Assembly (NCBI RefSeq): GCF_001457615.1
Contig: NZ_LN831024.1
Coordinates: forward strand, 600,001 to 632,000
Reading direction: 5' to 3'
From: Pseudomonas aeruginosa
GTDB taxonomy: Bacteria; Pseudomonadota; Gammaproteobacteria; Pseudomonadales; Pseudomonadaceae
Length of the DNA: 32,000 nt
Both the position numbers and the translations under genes were made by a program. Positions 1 to 10,042 of the stretch are shown one piece after another. Under the pieces are notes generated by a model. It ran no database searches. It worked only from the letters and a program-made list of their open reading frames with translations, and was not told the origin of the DNA. The stretch's first letter is position 1. The number at the start of each line of letters is the position of its first letter.

Positions 1-777
1 GTCGACCTGGTGCTGGAGTGCTCCGGCCAGTACACCAATCGCGCCCAGGCCGAGCGTTTCCTCCGCGCCGGCGCGCCGCGGGTGCTGTTCTCGCAGCCGA
101 TGGCGAGCGAGGCGGACATCGACGCCACCATCGTCTATGGGGTCAACCAGCAGGACCTCAGCGGCCGCGAAACGCTGGTCTCCAACGCCTCCTGCACGAC
201 CAATTGCGGGGTGCCGCTGCTCAAGCTGCTGAACGAGGCGATCGGCCTGGAATACGTGTCGATCACCACCATCCACTCGGCGATGAACGACCAGCCGGTG
301 ATCGACGCCTACCACCATGAGGACCTGCGCCGTACCCGTTCGGCGTTCCAGTCGGTGATCCCGGTGTCCACCGGTCTGGCGCGCGGCATCGAACGCCTGT
401 TGCCGGAACTTGCCGGGCGCATCCAGGCCAAAGCCATACGCGTGCCCACGGTGAACGTCTCGGCGCTGGACATCACCCTGCAGACTTCCCGCGACACCTC
501 CGCCGCCGAGATCAACCGGGTGCTTCGCGAGGCCGCCGAAAGCGGCCCGCTGCGCGGACTGCTGGCTTATACCGAGCTGCCGCACGCCAGTTGCGATTTC
601 AACCACGACCCCCATTCGGCCATCGTCGATGGCAGCCAGACCCGCGTTTCCGGGCCTCGCCTGGTCAACCTGCTGGCCTGGTTCGACAACGAATGGGGAT
701 TCGCCAACCGTATGCTCGACGTCGCCGGACACTACCTGCGCGCCGCCGTGCCTGATCAACAAGTACCCAAGGACTGA
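1..777 (+). CDS. epd: D-erythrose-4-phosphate dehydrogenase (GAPDH family), 5' end truncated by window
   Basis: Open from base 1; translation [20 protein letters not shown]..., catalytic motif [24 protein letters not shown]-terminal motif; located directly before pgk. Confidence 0.9.
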
Positions 778-782
778 TTGTC

Positions 783-1946
783 ATGACCGTGTTGAAGATG
801 ACTGACCTCGACCTCAAAGGTAAGCGCGTGCTGATCCGCGAGGACCTCAACGTGCCCGTGAAGGACGGCCAGGTGCAGAGCGATGCACGGATCAAGGCCG
901 CCCTGCCGACCCTCAAGCTGGCCCTGGAGAAGGGCGCGGCGGTGATGGTCTGCTCGCACCTGGGCCGACCGACCGAGGGCGAGTTCTCCGCCGAGAACAG
1001 CCTGAAGCCGGTGGCCGAGTACCTGTCCAAGGCCCTGGGCCGCGAAGTGCCGCTGCTGGCCGACTACCTCGACGGCGTCGAGGTCAAGGCGGGCGACCTG
1101 GTGCTGTTCGAGAACGTGCGCTTCAACAAGGGCGAGAAGAAGAACGCTGACGAGCTGGCGCAGAAGTACGCTGCGCTGTGCGACGTGTTCGTGATGGATG
1201 CCTTCGGTACCGCCCACCGCGCCGAGGGGTCGACCCACGGCGTGGCCAGGTTCGCCAAGGTCGCCGCCGCCGGCCCGCTGCTGGCCGCCGAACTGGACGC
1301 GCTGGGCAAGGCGCTGGGCAACCCGGCGCGGCCGATGGCGGCGATCGTCGCCGGCTCCAAGGTTTCCACCAAGCTCGACGTGCTGAACAGCCTGGCCGGC
1401 ATCTGCGACCAACTGATCGTCGGCGGCGGCATCGCCAACACCTTCCTCGCCGCGGCCGGACACAAGGTCGGCAAGTCACTGTACGAGGCCGACCTGGTCG
1501 AGACCGCCAAGGCCATCGCCGCCAAGGTCAAGGTGCCGCTGCCGGTGGACGTGGTGGTGGCCAAGGAATTCGCCGAGAGCGCCGTGGCGACCGTCAAGGC
1601 CATCGCCGAGGTCGCCGATGACGACATGATCCTCGACATCGGCCCGCAGACCGCCGCGCAGTTCGCCGAGCTGCTGAAGACCTCGAAGACCATCCTGTGG
1701 AACGGTCCGGTCGGGGTGTTCGAGTTCGACCAGTTCGGCGAGGGCACCCGTACCCTGGCCAATGCCATCGCCGATAGCGCGGCGTTCTCCATCGCCGGCG
1801 GCGGCGATACCCTGGCGGCGATCGACAAGTACGGCATCGCCGAGCGGATCTCCTATATTTCCACCGGTGGCGGCGCGTTCCTTGAGTTCGTCGAGGGCAA
1901 GGTCCTGCCGGCCGTGGAAATCCTGGAGCAGCGCGCCAAGGGCTGA
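783..1946 (+). CDS. pgk: Phosphoglycerate kinase
   Basis: [29 protein letters not shown]..., [26 protein letters not shown] and [14 protein letters not shown] motifs; 387 aa. Confidence 0.98.
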
Positions 1947-2018
1947 CGCAGACGGGGCAAACCATTCGCCGTCCTCGGGGGTCACACCTTTGAGGACGAC
2001 GAAAAAAGGAGGTGCCCC

Positions 2019-2219
2019 ATGCGTTCCGTAACCTTGCCACTCCTGATGTTCTGCCTGGGCCTGGCCGCCTGTAGCGGCGATGGCGGTCGACGCCCGAGCA
2101 CCTGCGAGGTGATCAGTCCGCCGGACGTGATGGTGCCGACCGAGCAGAACCGCCAGCGGGTCGAGCAGCAGAGCAGCGGCGATCCGACCGCCGGACAAAA
2201 GCCGGTGGAATGCCCGTAG
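2019..2219 (+). CDS. Small putative lipoprotein of unknown function
   Basis: 66 aa; N-terminal hydrophobic stretch ending in a lipobox-like LAAC; GGAGGTG just upstream of ATG. Confidence 0.7.
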   Translation: MRSVTLPLLMFCLGLAACSGDGGRRPSTCEVISPPDVMVPTEQNRQRVEQQSSGDPTAGQKPVECP

Positions 2220-2378
2220 TGCTTTTCTGCCAGTTTCTACGGAAAGGGCTGGGGATTCGCCAGCGTACGCAGTAGCATTGCGCCTTTCCTGTGACAGGCA
2301 AGGCCAGCCGGCCGCCGCGCGGGCCGCTTGCGGCCCGGCGAGGTGCGGTGGAGCGTTCCGCACGGATGGAGGATGGAC

Positions 2379-2720
2379 ATGAACTACTCGCGTATCGCCC
2401 TGTTCGGCGGCTTCGCCGCCGCGGCGCTGCTGGCCGGCTGCTCCGCTTCCTCCGGCAAGCCGGGCGGCAAGGACTGGACCCGCTGGACCTGCGACAGCAA
2501 GGCGGTGATCGAATGGCGCTATATCGACGGCAGCAAGAACATCGTCGACCTGCGCCTGAAGGACGAGGACGACGTGGTCCACCACTTGGAGCAGGAACCT
2601 GCGGCCGTCGGCGCTTTCTATAGCGACGGACGCCTGGGCTTCCACCTGGAGAACGACGAAGGCCTGGTGTACTGGGTCGAAACCGACGACCTCATCGGTC
2701 GCGGTTGCAAGGCGCGCTGA
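2379..2720 (+). CDS. Putative lipoprotein of unknown function
   Basis: MNYSRIALFGGFAAAALLAGCSASSG signal/lipobox; GGAGG located 6-7 nt before the ATG at 2379; the ORF track start at 2328 lacks this context. Confidence 0.7.
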   Translation: MNYSRIALFGGFAAAALLAGCSASSGKPGGKDWTRWTCDSKAVIEWRYIDGSKNIVDLRLKDEDDVVHHLEQEPAAVGAFYSDGRLGFHLENDEGLVYWVETDDLIGRGCKAR

Positions 2721-2839
2721 GTCGCGCCGGCAGGGGCGCGGCGCCGCGACCGCTCCTCGCAAGGAACTTGAACCGGGCCTGCCCCTGCGGCAGGCTTCTG
2801 AATCACTGAACGACCCCGCGATTGGGAGATACGAGAACC

Positions 2840-3904
2840 ATGGCACTCATCAGCATGCGCCAGATGCTGGATCACGCCGCCGAATTCGGCTACGGCGTGC
2901 CGGCCTTCAACGTCAACAACCTCGAGCAGATGCGCGCCATCATGGAAGCGGCGGACAAGACCGATTCGCCCGTGATCGTCCAGGCTTCCGCCGGTGCTCG
3001 CAAATACGCCGGCGCGCCCTTCCTGCGCCACCTGATCCTCGCCGCGATCGAAGAATTCCCGCACATCCCGGTGGTCATGCACCAGGATCACGGCACCAGT
3101 CCCGACGTCTGCCAGCGTTCCATCCAGCTGGGCTTCAGCTCGGTGATGATGGACGGCTCCCTGCGTGAAGACGGCAAGACCCCTGCCGACTACGACTACA
3201 ACGTCCGTGTGACCCAGCAGACCGTGGCGTTCGCCCATGCCTGCGGCGTGTCCGTGGAAGGCGAGCTGGGCTGCCTGGGTTCCCTGGAAACCGGCATGGC
3301 CGGCGAGGAAGACGGCGTCGGCGCGGAAGGCGTGCTGGACCACAGCCAGTTGCTGACCGATCCGGAAGAAGCCGCCGACTTCGTGAAGAAGACCAAGGTC
3401 GACGCCCTGGCCATCGCCATCGGCACCAGCCACGGCGCCTACAAGTTCACCAAGCCGCCGACCGGGGACACCCTGTCGATCCAGCGCATCAAGGAAATCC
3501 ACGCGCGCATCCCGGACACCCACCTGGTGATGCACGGCTCTTCCTCGGTACCGCAGGACTGGCTGGCGATCATCAACGAGTACGGCGGCGAGATCAAAGA
3601 GACCTACGGCGTGCCGGTCGAGGAAATCGTCGAGGGCATCAAGTACGGCGTGCGCAAGGTGAACATCGACACCGACCTGCGCCTGGCCTCCACCGGTGCC
3701 ATCCGCCGCTTCCTGGCGCAGAACCCGAGCGAGTTCGACCCGCGCAAGTACTTCTCCAAGACCGTCGAGGCCATGCGCGACATCTGCATCGCTCGCTACG
3801 AAGCCTTCGGCACCGCCGGCAACGCTTCCAAGATCAAGCCGATCTCCCTGGAAGGCATGTTCCAGCGCTACGCTCGCGGCGAGCTGGATCCGAAGGTCAA
3901 CTAA
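2840..3904 (+). CDS. fba: Fructose-1,6-bisphosphate aldolase, class II
   Basis: [38 protein letters not shown]...; HQDHG metal/active-site motif; 354 aa. Upstream TTG start in the track is less likely. Confidence 0.96.
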   Translation: MALISMRQMLDHAAEFGYGVPAFNVNNLEQMRAIMEAADKTDSPVIVQASAGARKYAGAPFLRHLILAAIEEFPHIPVVMHQDHGTSPDVCQRSIQLGFSSVMMDGSLREDGKTPADYDYNVRVTQQTVAFAHACGVSVEGELGCLGSLETGMAGEEDGVGAEGVLDHSQLLTDPEEAADFVKKTKVDALAIAIGTSHGAYKFTKPPTGDTLSIQRIKEIHARIPDTHLVMHGSSSVPQDWLAIINEYGGEIKETYGVPVEEIVEGIKYGVRKVNIDTDLRLASTGAIRRFLAQNPSEFDPRKYFSKTVEAMRDICIARYEAFGTAGNASKIKPISLEGMFQRYARGELDPKVN

Positions 3905-3922
3905 GCGCCTTCGTTCGAACGG

Positions 3923-3943
3923 GAGCCCCGCTGGTCGGGGCTC
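3923..3943 (+). terminator. Hairpin downstream of the aldolase gene, probable terminator
   Basis: GAGCCCCG-CTGGT-CGGGGCTC, 8-bp perfect stem with 5-nt loop, 19 nt after the stop; T-tract weak. Confidence 0.55.
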
Positions 3944-3969
3944 TTGCACATCCGCCCCGGGGAAATCCG

Positions 3970-4452
3970 ATGCGCCGCTGGCTCCTTACCCTGCCGTTCC
4001 TGCTGCTGGCCGGTTGCGCTGGCCTGCACGCGCCGTCCCGCGACGTCGAGGAGGCCGCGTCGCCGAGCGTAGCGCGCGATCCCGCCGACCCGCAGGATTG
4101 CCTGGCGCGCAGCGACTGCACGACCAAGACTTCGCGCACCCTGCTGTTCGTCTTCGACTATGCAGAGGCCGGCGGCGAACTGGTGGTGCGCGACGGCCGC
4201 CAACTGGAAACCCCGCCGGCGCCGCAACGCTCCACCTGGCCGGCGTTGCGCATCCAGCTGGCCGAGCCGGTCAACGGTCGCTTCGAGTTCGAGAGCCCCT
4301 GCCTGCGCAAGAGCGGCAAGGGTTGCCGCTACAGCCAGGCTATGCTGCTGAAGGTCTACCGCAGCTACCTGGTCGGCAAGCCTTGCTCGCTGCTCAGTCC
4401 TCGCGCAGTGAAACGCTGCGTCGACCCGGCGGCGACCGCCGCGCGGCGCTGA
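3970..4452 (+). CDS. Putative lipoprotein of unknown function
   Basis: MRRWLLTLPFLLLAGCAGLHAP signal/lipobox; 160 aa. Confidence 0.75.
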   Translation: MRRWLLTLPFLLLAGCAGLHAPSRDVEEAASPSVARDPADPQDCLARSDCTTKTSRTLLFVFDYAEAGGELVVRDGRQLETPPAPQRSTWPALRIQLAEPVNGRFEFESPCLRKSGKGCRYSQAMLLKVYRSYLVGKPCSLLSPRAVKRCVDPAATAARR

Positions 4453-4453
4453 G

Positions 4454-4879
4454 TCAGGGCTGCAGGTCGAACAGCGCCTTGCCGTCCATGTCGAACGGCG
4501 CCGAGAAATGCTCGTGGATCACCTTCCAGCCGTCGCCGTGCTTGCGGTAGCCGGCGCTGACCCGCATCCACGAGGAGTGCGGCTGGCCGTCCGGGCCGGT
4601 GCCGCCGCAGTGGCAGAGGTAGTGGGCGAAGGCGACCTGCGGGTCGGCATGGATCTGCAGTTCGGCGATATCGAAGGTCATCGGTCCTTTGCACATCTCG
4701 GTGCAGGCCTGCCAGTGCTTCTGGTAGGCGTCGCGCCCCTTGAATTGCAATTGCAGGATGGCGTCGAAGGCGACGATGTCCTCCGCGTAGTACGAGACGA
4801 TGCGCGGAACGTCGCTGGCGCGGACGGCGGCTCGCCAGTCTTCGATCAATTGGCGGATGGCGCTGACTTCGCTGCTCAT
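4454..4879 (-). CDS. NTF2/SnoaL-like protein (DUF4440-type ketosteroid-isomerase fold)
   Basis: MSSEVSAIRQLIEDWRAAVRASDVPRIVSYYAEDIVAFD... and C-terminal GDGWKVIHEHFSAPFD, typical of this fold family. Confidence 0.8.
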   Translation of the reverse strand: MSSEVSAIRQLIEDWRAAVRASDVPRIVSYYAEDIVAFDAILQLQFKGRDAYQKHWQACTEMCKGPMTFDIAELQIHADPQVAFAHYLCHCGGTGPDGQPHSSWMRVSAGYRKHGDGWKVIHEHFSAPFDMDGKALFDLQP

Positions 4880-5108
4880 GGCTGACTCCTGGTTGTGGCG
4901 GGGGACGCCGGCGTGTGCCGGGATGCTTTTACCCTGGTCGTCGGGTGGGCCTTCGGATCGACAATAGCCTCTTCCCCGAGAGGTCCACGAAGCCCCTGAC
5001 CAATGGCTGCGAGCCACGCCGCGCAAGGCTTTGAACCGTTCGTCTGGAATTCGTGGGAAAACCGCTGTGCTATACCTCGGGCTTTCCCTGCCGCCCAGGA
5101 GGTCCCTC

Positions 5109-5876
5109 ATGTCGTCCGTACACAGCGCCGCCCAGCAAGGTTTCAGCGCCGAGGCCCAGCGTTACGCCCAGGGCCGGCCCGAGTATCCGGAAGCGCTCTC
5201 CGACTGGTTGCGCGATGCCCTTGGCCTGCGTCCGCAGACCGTCGCGGTGGACCTCGGCGCCGGCACCGGCAAGTTCACCCGCCTGCTGGCCCGTACCGGC
5301 GCGCGAGTGGTCGCGGTGGAACCGGTGGATGCGATGCGCGCCCAGCTTGCCGAAGCCTTGCCGCAGGTCCAGGCGCTGGCCGGTAGCGCCCAGTCGATTC
5401 CGCTGGCCAACGGCTTCGCCGACGCCCTGGTGTGCGCACAGGCCTTCCATTGGTTCGCCACCGTGGAGGCGCTGGAGGAAATGCGCCGCGTGCTGACGGC
5501 GGAAGGCAGGCTGGGGCTGGTGTGGAACGTGCGTGACGAGTCGCTGGATTGGGTCGCCGAGATCACTCGCATCATCACCCCCTACGAAGGCGACGCGCCG
5601 CGCTTCTACAAGGGCGACTGGCGTCGGCCGTTCGAGCGCGCGCCCTTCGGACCGCTGCGCTTGTCCACCTTCGCCTACGAGCATGTCGGCCCGCCGGAGC
5701 AGGTGATCGTCTCGCGCTTCCTTTCGGTGAGCTTCATCGCCGCCTTGCCGGAGACGGAAAAGAACGCCGTGGCGGCGCAATTGCGCGAGCTGGTCGCCAG
5801 CCATCCGGCGCTCAAGGGGAGGGAGCAGGTAGCGCTGCCCTATCGCACCGAGGCCTATCTGGCCGAGGCGCGCTAG
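5109..5876 (+). CDS. Class I SAM-dependent methyltransferase
   Basis: MSSVHSAAQQGFSAEAQRYAQGRPEYPEAL... with VDLGAGTGKFTRLLA motif I; GGAGG before ATG. Confidence 0.85.
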   Translation: MSSVHSAAQQGFSAEAQRYAQGRPEYPEALSDWLRDALGLRPQTVAVDLGAGTGKFTRLLARTGARVVAVEPVDAMRAQLAEALPQVQALAGSAQSIPLANGFADALVCAQAFHWFATVEALEEMRRVLTAEGRLGLVWNVRDESLDWVAEITRIITPYEGDAPRFYKGDWRRPFERAPFGPLRLSTFAYEHVGPPEQVIVSRFLSVSFIAALPETEKNAVAAQLRELVASHPALKGREQVALPYRTEAYLAEAR

Positions 5877-7084
5877 GCGTACTGCCCCGCCGCATAACCC
5901 GAGGCCCAGGCCCACTGGAAGTTGAAGCCGCCGAGGTGGCCGCTGACGTCCAGTACTTCGCCGACGAAATACAGCCCCGGCGAGCGCTGCGACTCCATGG
6001 TCTTCGACGACACTTCGTCGGTGCTCACCCCGCCCAGGGTCACTTCCGCGGTGCGGTAGCCCTCGGTGCCCGAGGGCGTGACCCGCCAGGCCGAAAGCTG
6101 CCCGGCGATACCCGCCAGTTCGGCCGGGGTGTACTGCTTCATCGGCTTGGAGACGAACCAGCGGTCGGCCAGCAGTCCGGCGAGCTTCTTGGTGAATAGC
6201 TCGGCGAGCAAAGTCTTCAGCTCGCTGTTGGGACGCTCGCGCTGTTGCTGCGCCAGCCATTCGTTGGCGTCGTGGTCCGGCAGCAGGTCGATTTCCAGGG
6301 TATCGCCCGGTTGCCAGTAGGAGGAAATCTGCAACATCGCCGGGCCGCTGAGGCCGCGATGGGTGAACAGCAGGTTCTCGCGGAACGCCTGGCCGTTGCA
6401 GCTCACCCGGCAATCCACGGAGGTGCCGGAAAGCTCGGCACACAGCTCCTTCAACTGGTCGGTGATGGTGAACGGCACCAGCCCGGCGCGGGTCGGCAGC
6501 ACCTCGTGGCCGAACTGGCGCGCCACCTGGTAGCCGAAACCGCTGGCGCCGAGGGTCGGGATCGACAGGCCGCCGCTGGCGATCACCAGCGACTCGCAGC
6601 GCATCTCGCCGGCGCTGGTACGCAGGCGGTAGCCGGCGTCGTCGCGGGCGATCTCTTCGATCGAGGTGTCCAGCAGGATTTCCGCTCCGGCCTCGGCGCA
6701 TTCGCGCAGCAGCATCTCGAGGATGTCGCTGGACTTGTTGTCGCAGAACAGCTGGCCGAGTTTCTTCTCGTGGTACGGCACCTGGTGCTTGGCCACCAGG
6801 CCGATGAAGTCCCACTGGGTGTAGCGGGCCAGCGCCGACTTGCAGAAGTGCGGGTTGCGCGAAAGGAAGTTGGCCGGCTCGGTGTACAGGTTGGTGAAAT
6901 TGCAGCGCCCGCCGCCGGACATGAGGATCTTCTTGCCGGCCTTGTTGGCGTGGTCGAGTACCCGCACGCGGCGCCCGCGCCCGGCCGCCGTCATCGCACA
7001 CATCAGCCCGGCCGCCCCGGCGCCAACGATCAGCACATCTGTACTTGCCACTGTCCCACTCCGCTCATCGGAAACGGCGCGCAT
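5873..7084 (-). CDS. NAD(P)/FAD-dependent oxidoreductase, HI0933/BaiN/YhiN-like
   Basis: DVLIVGAGAAGLMCAMTAAGRGRRV dinucleotide-binding motif, KKILMSGGGRCNFTN, C-terminal GLYFVGEVLDVSGHLGGFNFQWAWASG. Confidence 0.88.
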   Translation of the reverse strand: MRAVSDERSGTVASTDVLIVGAGAAGLMCAMTAAGRGRRVRVLDHANKAGKKILMSGGGRCNFTNLYTEPANFLSRNPHFCKSALARYTQWDFIGLVAKHQVPYHEKKLGQLFCDNKSSDILEMLLRECAEAGAEILLDTSIEEIARDDAGYRLRTSAGEMRCESLVIASGGLSIPTLGASGFGYQVARQFGHEVLPTRAGLVPFTITDQLKELCAELSGTSVDCRVSCNGQAFRENLLFTHRGLSGPAMLQISSYWQPGDTLEIDLLPDHDANEWLAQQQRERPNSELKTLLAELFTKKLAGLLADRWFVSKPMKQYTPAELAGIAGQLSAWRVTPSGTEGYRTAEVTLGGVSTDEVSSKTMESQRSPGLYFVGEVLDVSGHLGGFNFQWAWASGYAAGQYA

Positions 7085-7163
7085 ATTACCCGAAGCGGCG
7101 GTCGGCCGCCGGAGCTCCCGACGCGGTACACTGGGCGTTTTCCGCGAACCGCCGGACCCGTGC

Positions 7164-7651
7164 ATGATCCCCCTCAAGTACCTCCAGGCCTATCCCGCAT
7201 CGCTGCAGGACCAGGTCCGCCAGCTGATCGCCGAGAACCGCCTGGGCGAGTACCTCGAGCGCCGCTACCCGGGGCGTCACGATGTGCAGAGTGACAAGGC
7301 GCTGTACGCCTACACCATGAACCTCAAGCAGGAACACCTGCGCAACGCGCCGGGCCTGGACAAGGTGCTCTACGACAACAAGCTCGACGTGGTCCAGCGT
7401 GCCCTCGGCCTGCACACCGCGATCTCGCGGGTGCAGGGCGGCAAGCTCAAGGCGAAGAAGGAAATCCGCGTGGCGTCCCTGTTCAAGGACGCCGCCCGGA
7501 GTTCCTGCGGATGATCGTCGTCCACGAACTCGCCCACCTGAAGGAAAGCGAGCACAACAAGGCGTTCTACCAGCTCTGCCAGTACATGCTGCCGGACTAT
7601 CACCAGTTGGAGTTCGACCTGCGGGTGTACCTGACCTGGAAGAGTCTCTGA
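7164..7651 (+). pseudogene. YgjP-like metallopeptidase-domain protein, split by an apparent -1 frameshift (or sequencing error)
   Basis: ORF 7164..7514 ends ...LFKDAARSSCG*, and the continuation MIVVHELAHLKESEHNKAFYQLCQYMLPDYHQLEFDLRVYLTW with the HELAH motif is open in the next frame (7511..7651). Adding one C in the GCCGCCC run near 7493-7499 restores ...KDAAPEFLRMIVVHELAHL. Confidence 0.75.
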
Positions 7652-7658
7652 CGCCCGG

Positions 7659-8354
7659 TTACGGCGTTCCCAGCGTCACTCGGCTCTCGCGGCGCAGGCG
7701 CGCCACGGTCTCCGGCAGTTCGCGCATGTGCTCGACGATGGCGATGGCGCCCAGCTCGCGCAGTACCTCGGCGTGCCCGGCGGGAATGTGCCCGGCGCCG
7801 ACGAAGCCGATCACCCGCATCCCCGCGGCGAGGGCGGCGCGGGTGCCGGTGCTGCTGTCTTCCACCACCAGGCAACGCTCGGGGGCGACGCCGAGCAGGC
7901 TGGCGGCGTGCAGGTAGACGTCGGGTGCGGGCTTGGGCAGGGCGACCATATCGGCGCTGGCCAGGCGTTCGCCGATCAGTTCGCTGAGCCCGGCGCGCGC
8001 CAGCGAGCGCTCCAGGCTGTGGCGGCGGCTGTTGGAGGCCACCGCGACGGGCAGGTCCAGGGCCAGCAGCGCCTCGCGTGCGCCGGGAATGGGTTGGACC
8101 TGGGCGACCATCTCCTCGCTGCGCTGGCGCACCTCGCGGTTGAAGCTGTCGGGGATGCGCAGGCCGAAGTGCTTCTCGACGCGATCGAGGATGTCGCGGC
8201 TGGTCAGGCCGAAGGTGCCTTCCAGCAGGCGCTGCAGCTCCTCCAGCGGCGCGTAGGCGCTGAGCGCCTCGTACATCACGCGCTCGGCGATGACCTCGCT
8301 GTCGACCAGGACGCCGTCGCAGTCGGAAATCAGTGCGTCGATGGGGTGGGGCAT
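7659..8354 (-). CDS. HAD-superfamily phosphatase (beta-phosphoglucomutase-like)
   Basis: DALISDCDGVLVDSE motif I, KPAPDVYLHAASLLG and VVEDSSTGTRAALAAGMRVIGF motifs. Confidence 0.88.
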   Translation of the reverse strand: MPHPIDALISDCDGVLVDSEVIAERVMYEALSAYAPLEELQRLLEGTFGLTSRDILDRVEKHFGLRIPDSFNREVRQRSEEMVAQVQPIPGAREALLALDLPVAVASNSRRHSLERSLARAGLSELIGERLASADMVALPKPAPDVYLHAASLLGVAPERCLVVEDSSTGTRAALAAGMRVIGFVGAGHIPAGHAEVLRELGAIAIVEHMRELPETVARLRRESRVTLGTP

Positions 8355-8482
8355 GGGCTACCTCGCTGCGGGCGTTGGCGCAGGGCGCCGGAGTGGGAGC
8401 GAGGCATTCTAACCCCGGTCAGGGGCGGGAAGGGAAACAGGGAGAGGGAGAACGCCGGGCCGTGCGGCCCGGCGGGAAGGAA

Positions 8483-8836
8483 TCAGGCGATGCCCTTCGG
8501 GTTCTGGCCGTACTGGTTCTGGCCGGCGTCGCTGTCCTTGGCCAGCAGGTAGATCAGGTACAGGCCGACGATCGGGATCAGCGCGATCAGCATCCACCAG
8601 CCGCTCTTGTTGATGTCGTGCAGACGCCGGGCGGTGACGCCCAGGGCCGGCAGCAGCACGGCGAGCGAGTAGAGATTGGCGATCGGCAGGAGCTTTTCAC
8701 TGATCAGGCCGAGCACGACGCTCAGCGCGACGGAGATGATGATGTTCACCAGGGTGAACATCCAGTATTCCTTGCGACGGGCACGCCCGTTGAAGTCGAA
8801 GTAGTGTTCCTTCACGCATTTCAGAAACCATTCCAT
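8483..8836 (-). CDS. DUF805 membrane protein
   Basis: MEWFLKCVKEHYFDFNGRARRKEYWMFTLVNIII..., ARRLHDINKSGWW motif. Confidence 0.85.
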   Translation of the reverse strand: MEWFLKCVKEHYFDFNGRARRKEYWMFTLVNIIISVALSVVLGLISEKLLPIANLYSLAVLLPALGVTARRLHDINKSGWWMLIALIPIVGLYLIYLLAKDSDAGQNQYGQNPKGIA

Positions 8837-9013
8837 GTTTGCCTCCTGGGCGTACTGGTAAAGCGGGAGAGTGGGTGCCGCGACAAGTACCCCCGCGCCT
8901 CCTTGCCGGGAAAGCACAGTGTAGCCGTACTGTCAGTGAATTCGTACAGGATGTTGCGAAAATCATTCACATTGCATAGCAGCGGATCGCCGAAATGTGC
9001 GCCGGTAGCGCTT

Positions 9014-9925
9014 TCAGCGAGCGGAGTCGGCCTGGCGGCGGAAACGGCCCGGCGATTCGCCGAAGGCCTGGCGGAAATTGCGGGAAAACGCCGCCTCCGA
9101 CTGGTAGCCGGTCTCGGCGGCGATATCCAGCAGGCTCTTCTGCGTTTGTCGCAGCAGGCCGCGAGCCTTCTCCATGCGGATGCGGGTCAGCAGGTTCCAC
9201 GGCGAGGTTCCGCCGAGGGCGGAGAAGGCGCGGACGAAACTGGCCCGCGACATCGCCGCCTGCTGGGCAAGCTGTTCCAGGGTCCAGGCATGCTCCGGGC
9301 GTTCCAGCATGGCCCGCAGGGCTCGTCCCAGGCGGGCGTCGCCCAGCAGGCCGAACAGGCCGTCGCCCAGCGGTTGGCGGTCCAGGTAGGCGCGCAGGGC
9401 CAGGGCGAACAGCGCGGTGGCCAGCGCGTCGATGATCGAGCGGGCGCCGCTGCGGGTGCTCTCGGCTTCCTCGCGCATCAACCCGATCAGCGCGCGCAGG
9501 GGCTGCTGGGTCGACTCGTCCATATGCACCAGCAGGCGCTCGGGGAGCGCGCCGAACAGGCTGGCGCCGGCGTGATAGCGGTAGCTGCCGCAAAGCATGT
9601 CGAGGGCCTCGCCGGGGCCGTTCAACTGGTACAGCGGGATGCTGCCGCGGTGCTCTACGGTGGGTTCGCAGGGTTGCGCCGGGCTGTCGCTGCGCAGGAG
9701 GTGCGGGGTGCCGCGTGGCAACAGGATCAGGTCGCCGGGATGCAGGTCGAGGCGACCGCCATCGAGGAATTCGCAATAGCAGGTGCCGGCCATGACGATA
9801 TGGAAGGTCGCCTCGCCGGGCACCGCTTGCGGGTGCTCCAGCGCCCAGCTGCCCTGTAGCTGGCAGCGCTGGTCGAGGCGGCCCTGCAGGTTGGCGAGCT
9901 GGATGAGCCGGTCGAGTGGGTCCAT
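9014..9925 (-). CDS. AraC-family transcriptional regulator with N-terminal cupin
   Basis: C-terminal HTH pair (LEQLAQQAAMSRASFVRAF...LLDIAAETGYQSEAAFSRNFRQAFGESPGRFRR); N-terminal HPGDLILLPRGTPH cupin. Confidence 0.9.
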   Translation of the reverse strand: MDPLDRLIQLANLQGRLDQRCQLQGSWALEHPQAVPGEATFHIVMAGTCYCEFLDGGRLDLHPGDLILLPRGTPHLLRSDSPAQPCEPTVEHRGSIPLYQLNGPGEALDMLCGSYRYHAGASLFGALPERLLVHMDESTQQPLRALIGLMREEAESTRSGARSIIDALATALFALALRAYLDRQPLGDGLFGLLGDARLGRALRAMLERPEHAWTLEQLAQQAAMSRASFVRAFSALGGTSPWNLLTRIRMEKARGLLRQTQKSLLDIAAETGYQSEAAFSRNFRQAFGESPGRFRRQADSAR

Positions 9926-9978
9926 GGGATGAGCCGATCAGGTCGAAAGTAGAGACGCATGGGCAGGCGGCGCGGTCC

Positions 9979-9996
9979 AGACTGGTCGAGACTGGT
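9979..9996. promoter_or_regulatory. Candidate operator: tandem direct repeat in the AraC/AhpD divergent intergenic region
   Basis: AGACTGGT-CG-AGACTGGT: two identical 8-mers with a 10-bp period. Confidence 0.35.
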
Positions 9997-10042
9997 AACC
10001 CGACGCGCCACTCCCGGCGCGAAAGCAACGGAGAATATCACC

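Noticed and set aside
2822-2840. Upstream TTG start for the aldolase gene
   Set aside because: Conserved aldolase N-terminus starts at MALISMRQ (2840); the six-codon extension is not typical.
5070-7001. 643-codon minus-strand ORF spanning the methyltransferase and flavoprotein
   Set aside because: Crosses two well-supported genes in a non-coding frame; arginine/proline-rich translation typical of a shifted GC-rich frame.
7164-7651. Two independent neighbouring genes
   Set aside because: The second ORF starts inside a conserved HELAH domain that needs the N-terminal part, so a frameshifted single gene is more likely.
8967-10028. 353-codon minus ORF over the AraC gene
   Set aside because: Out of frame with the AraC-type protein (9014..9925), which has clear HTH motifs.
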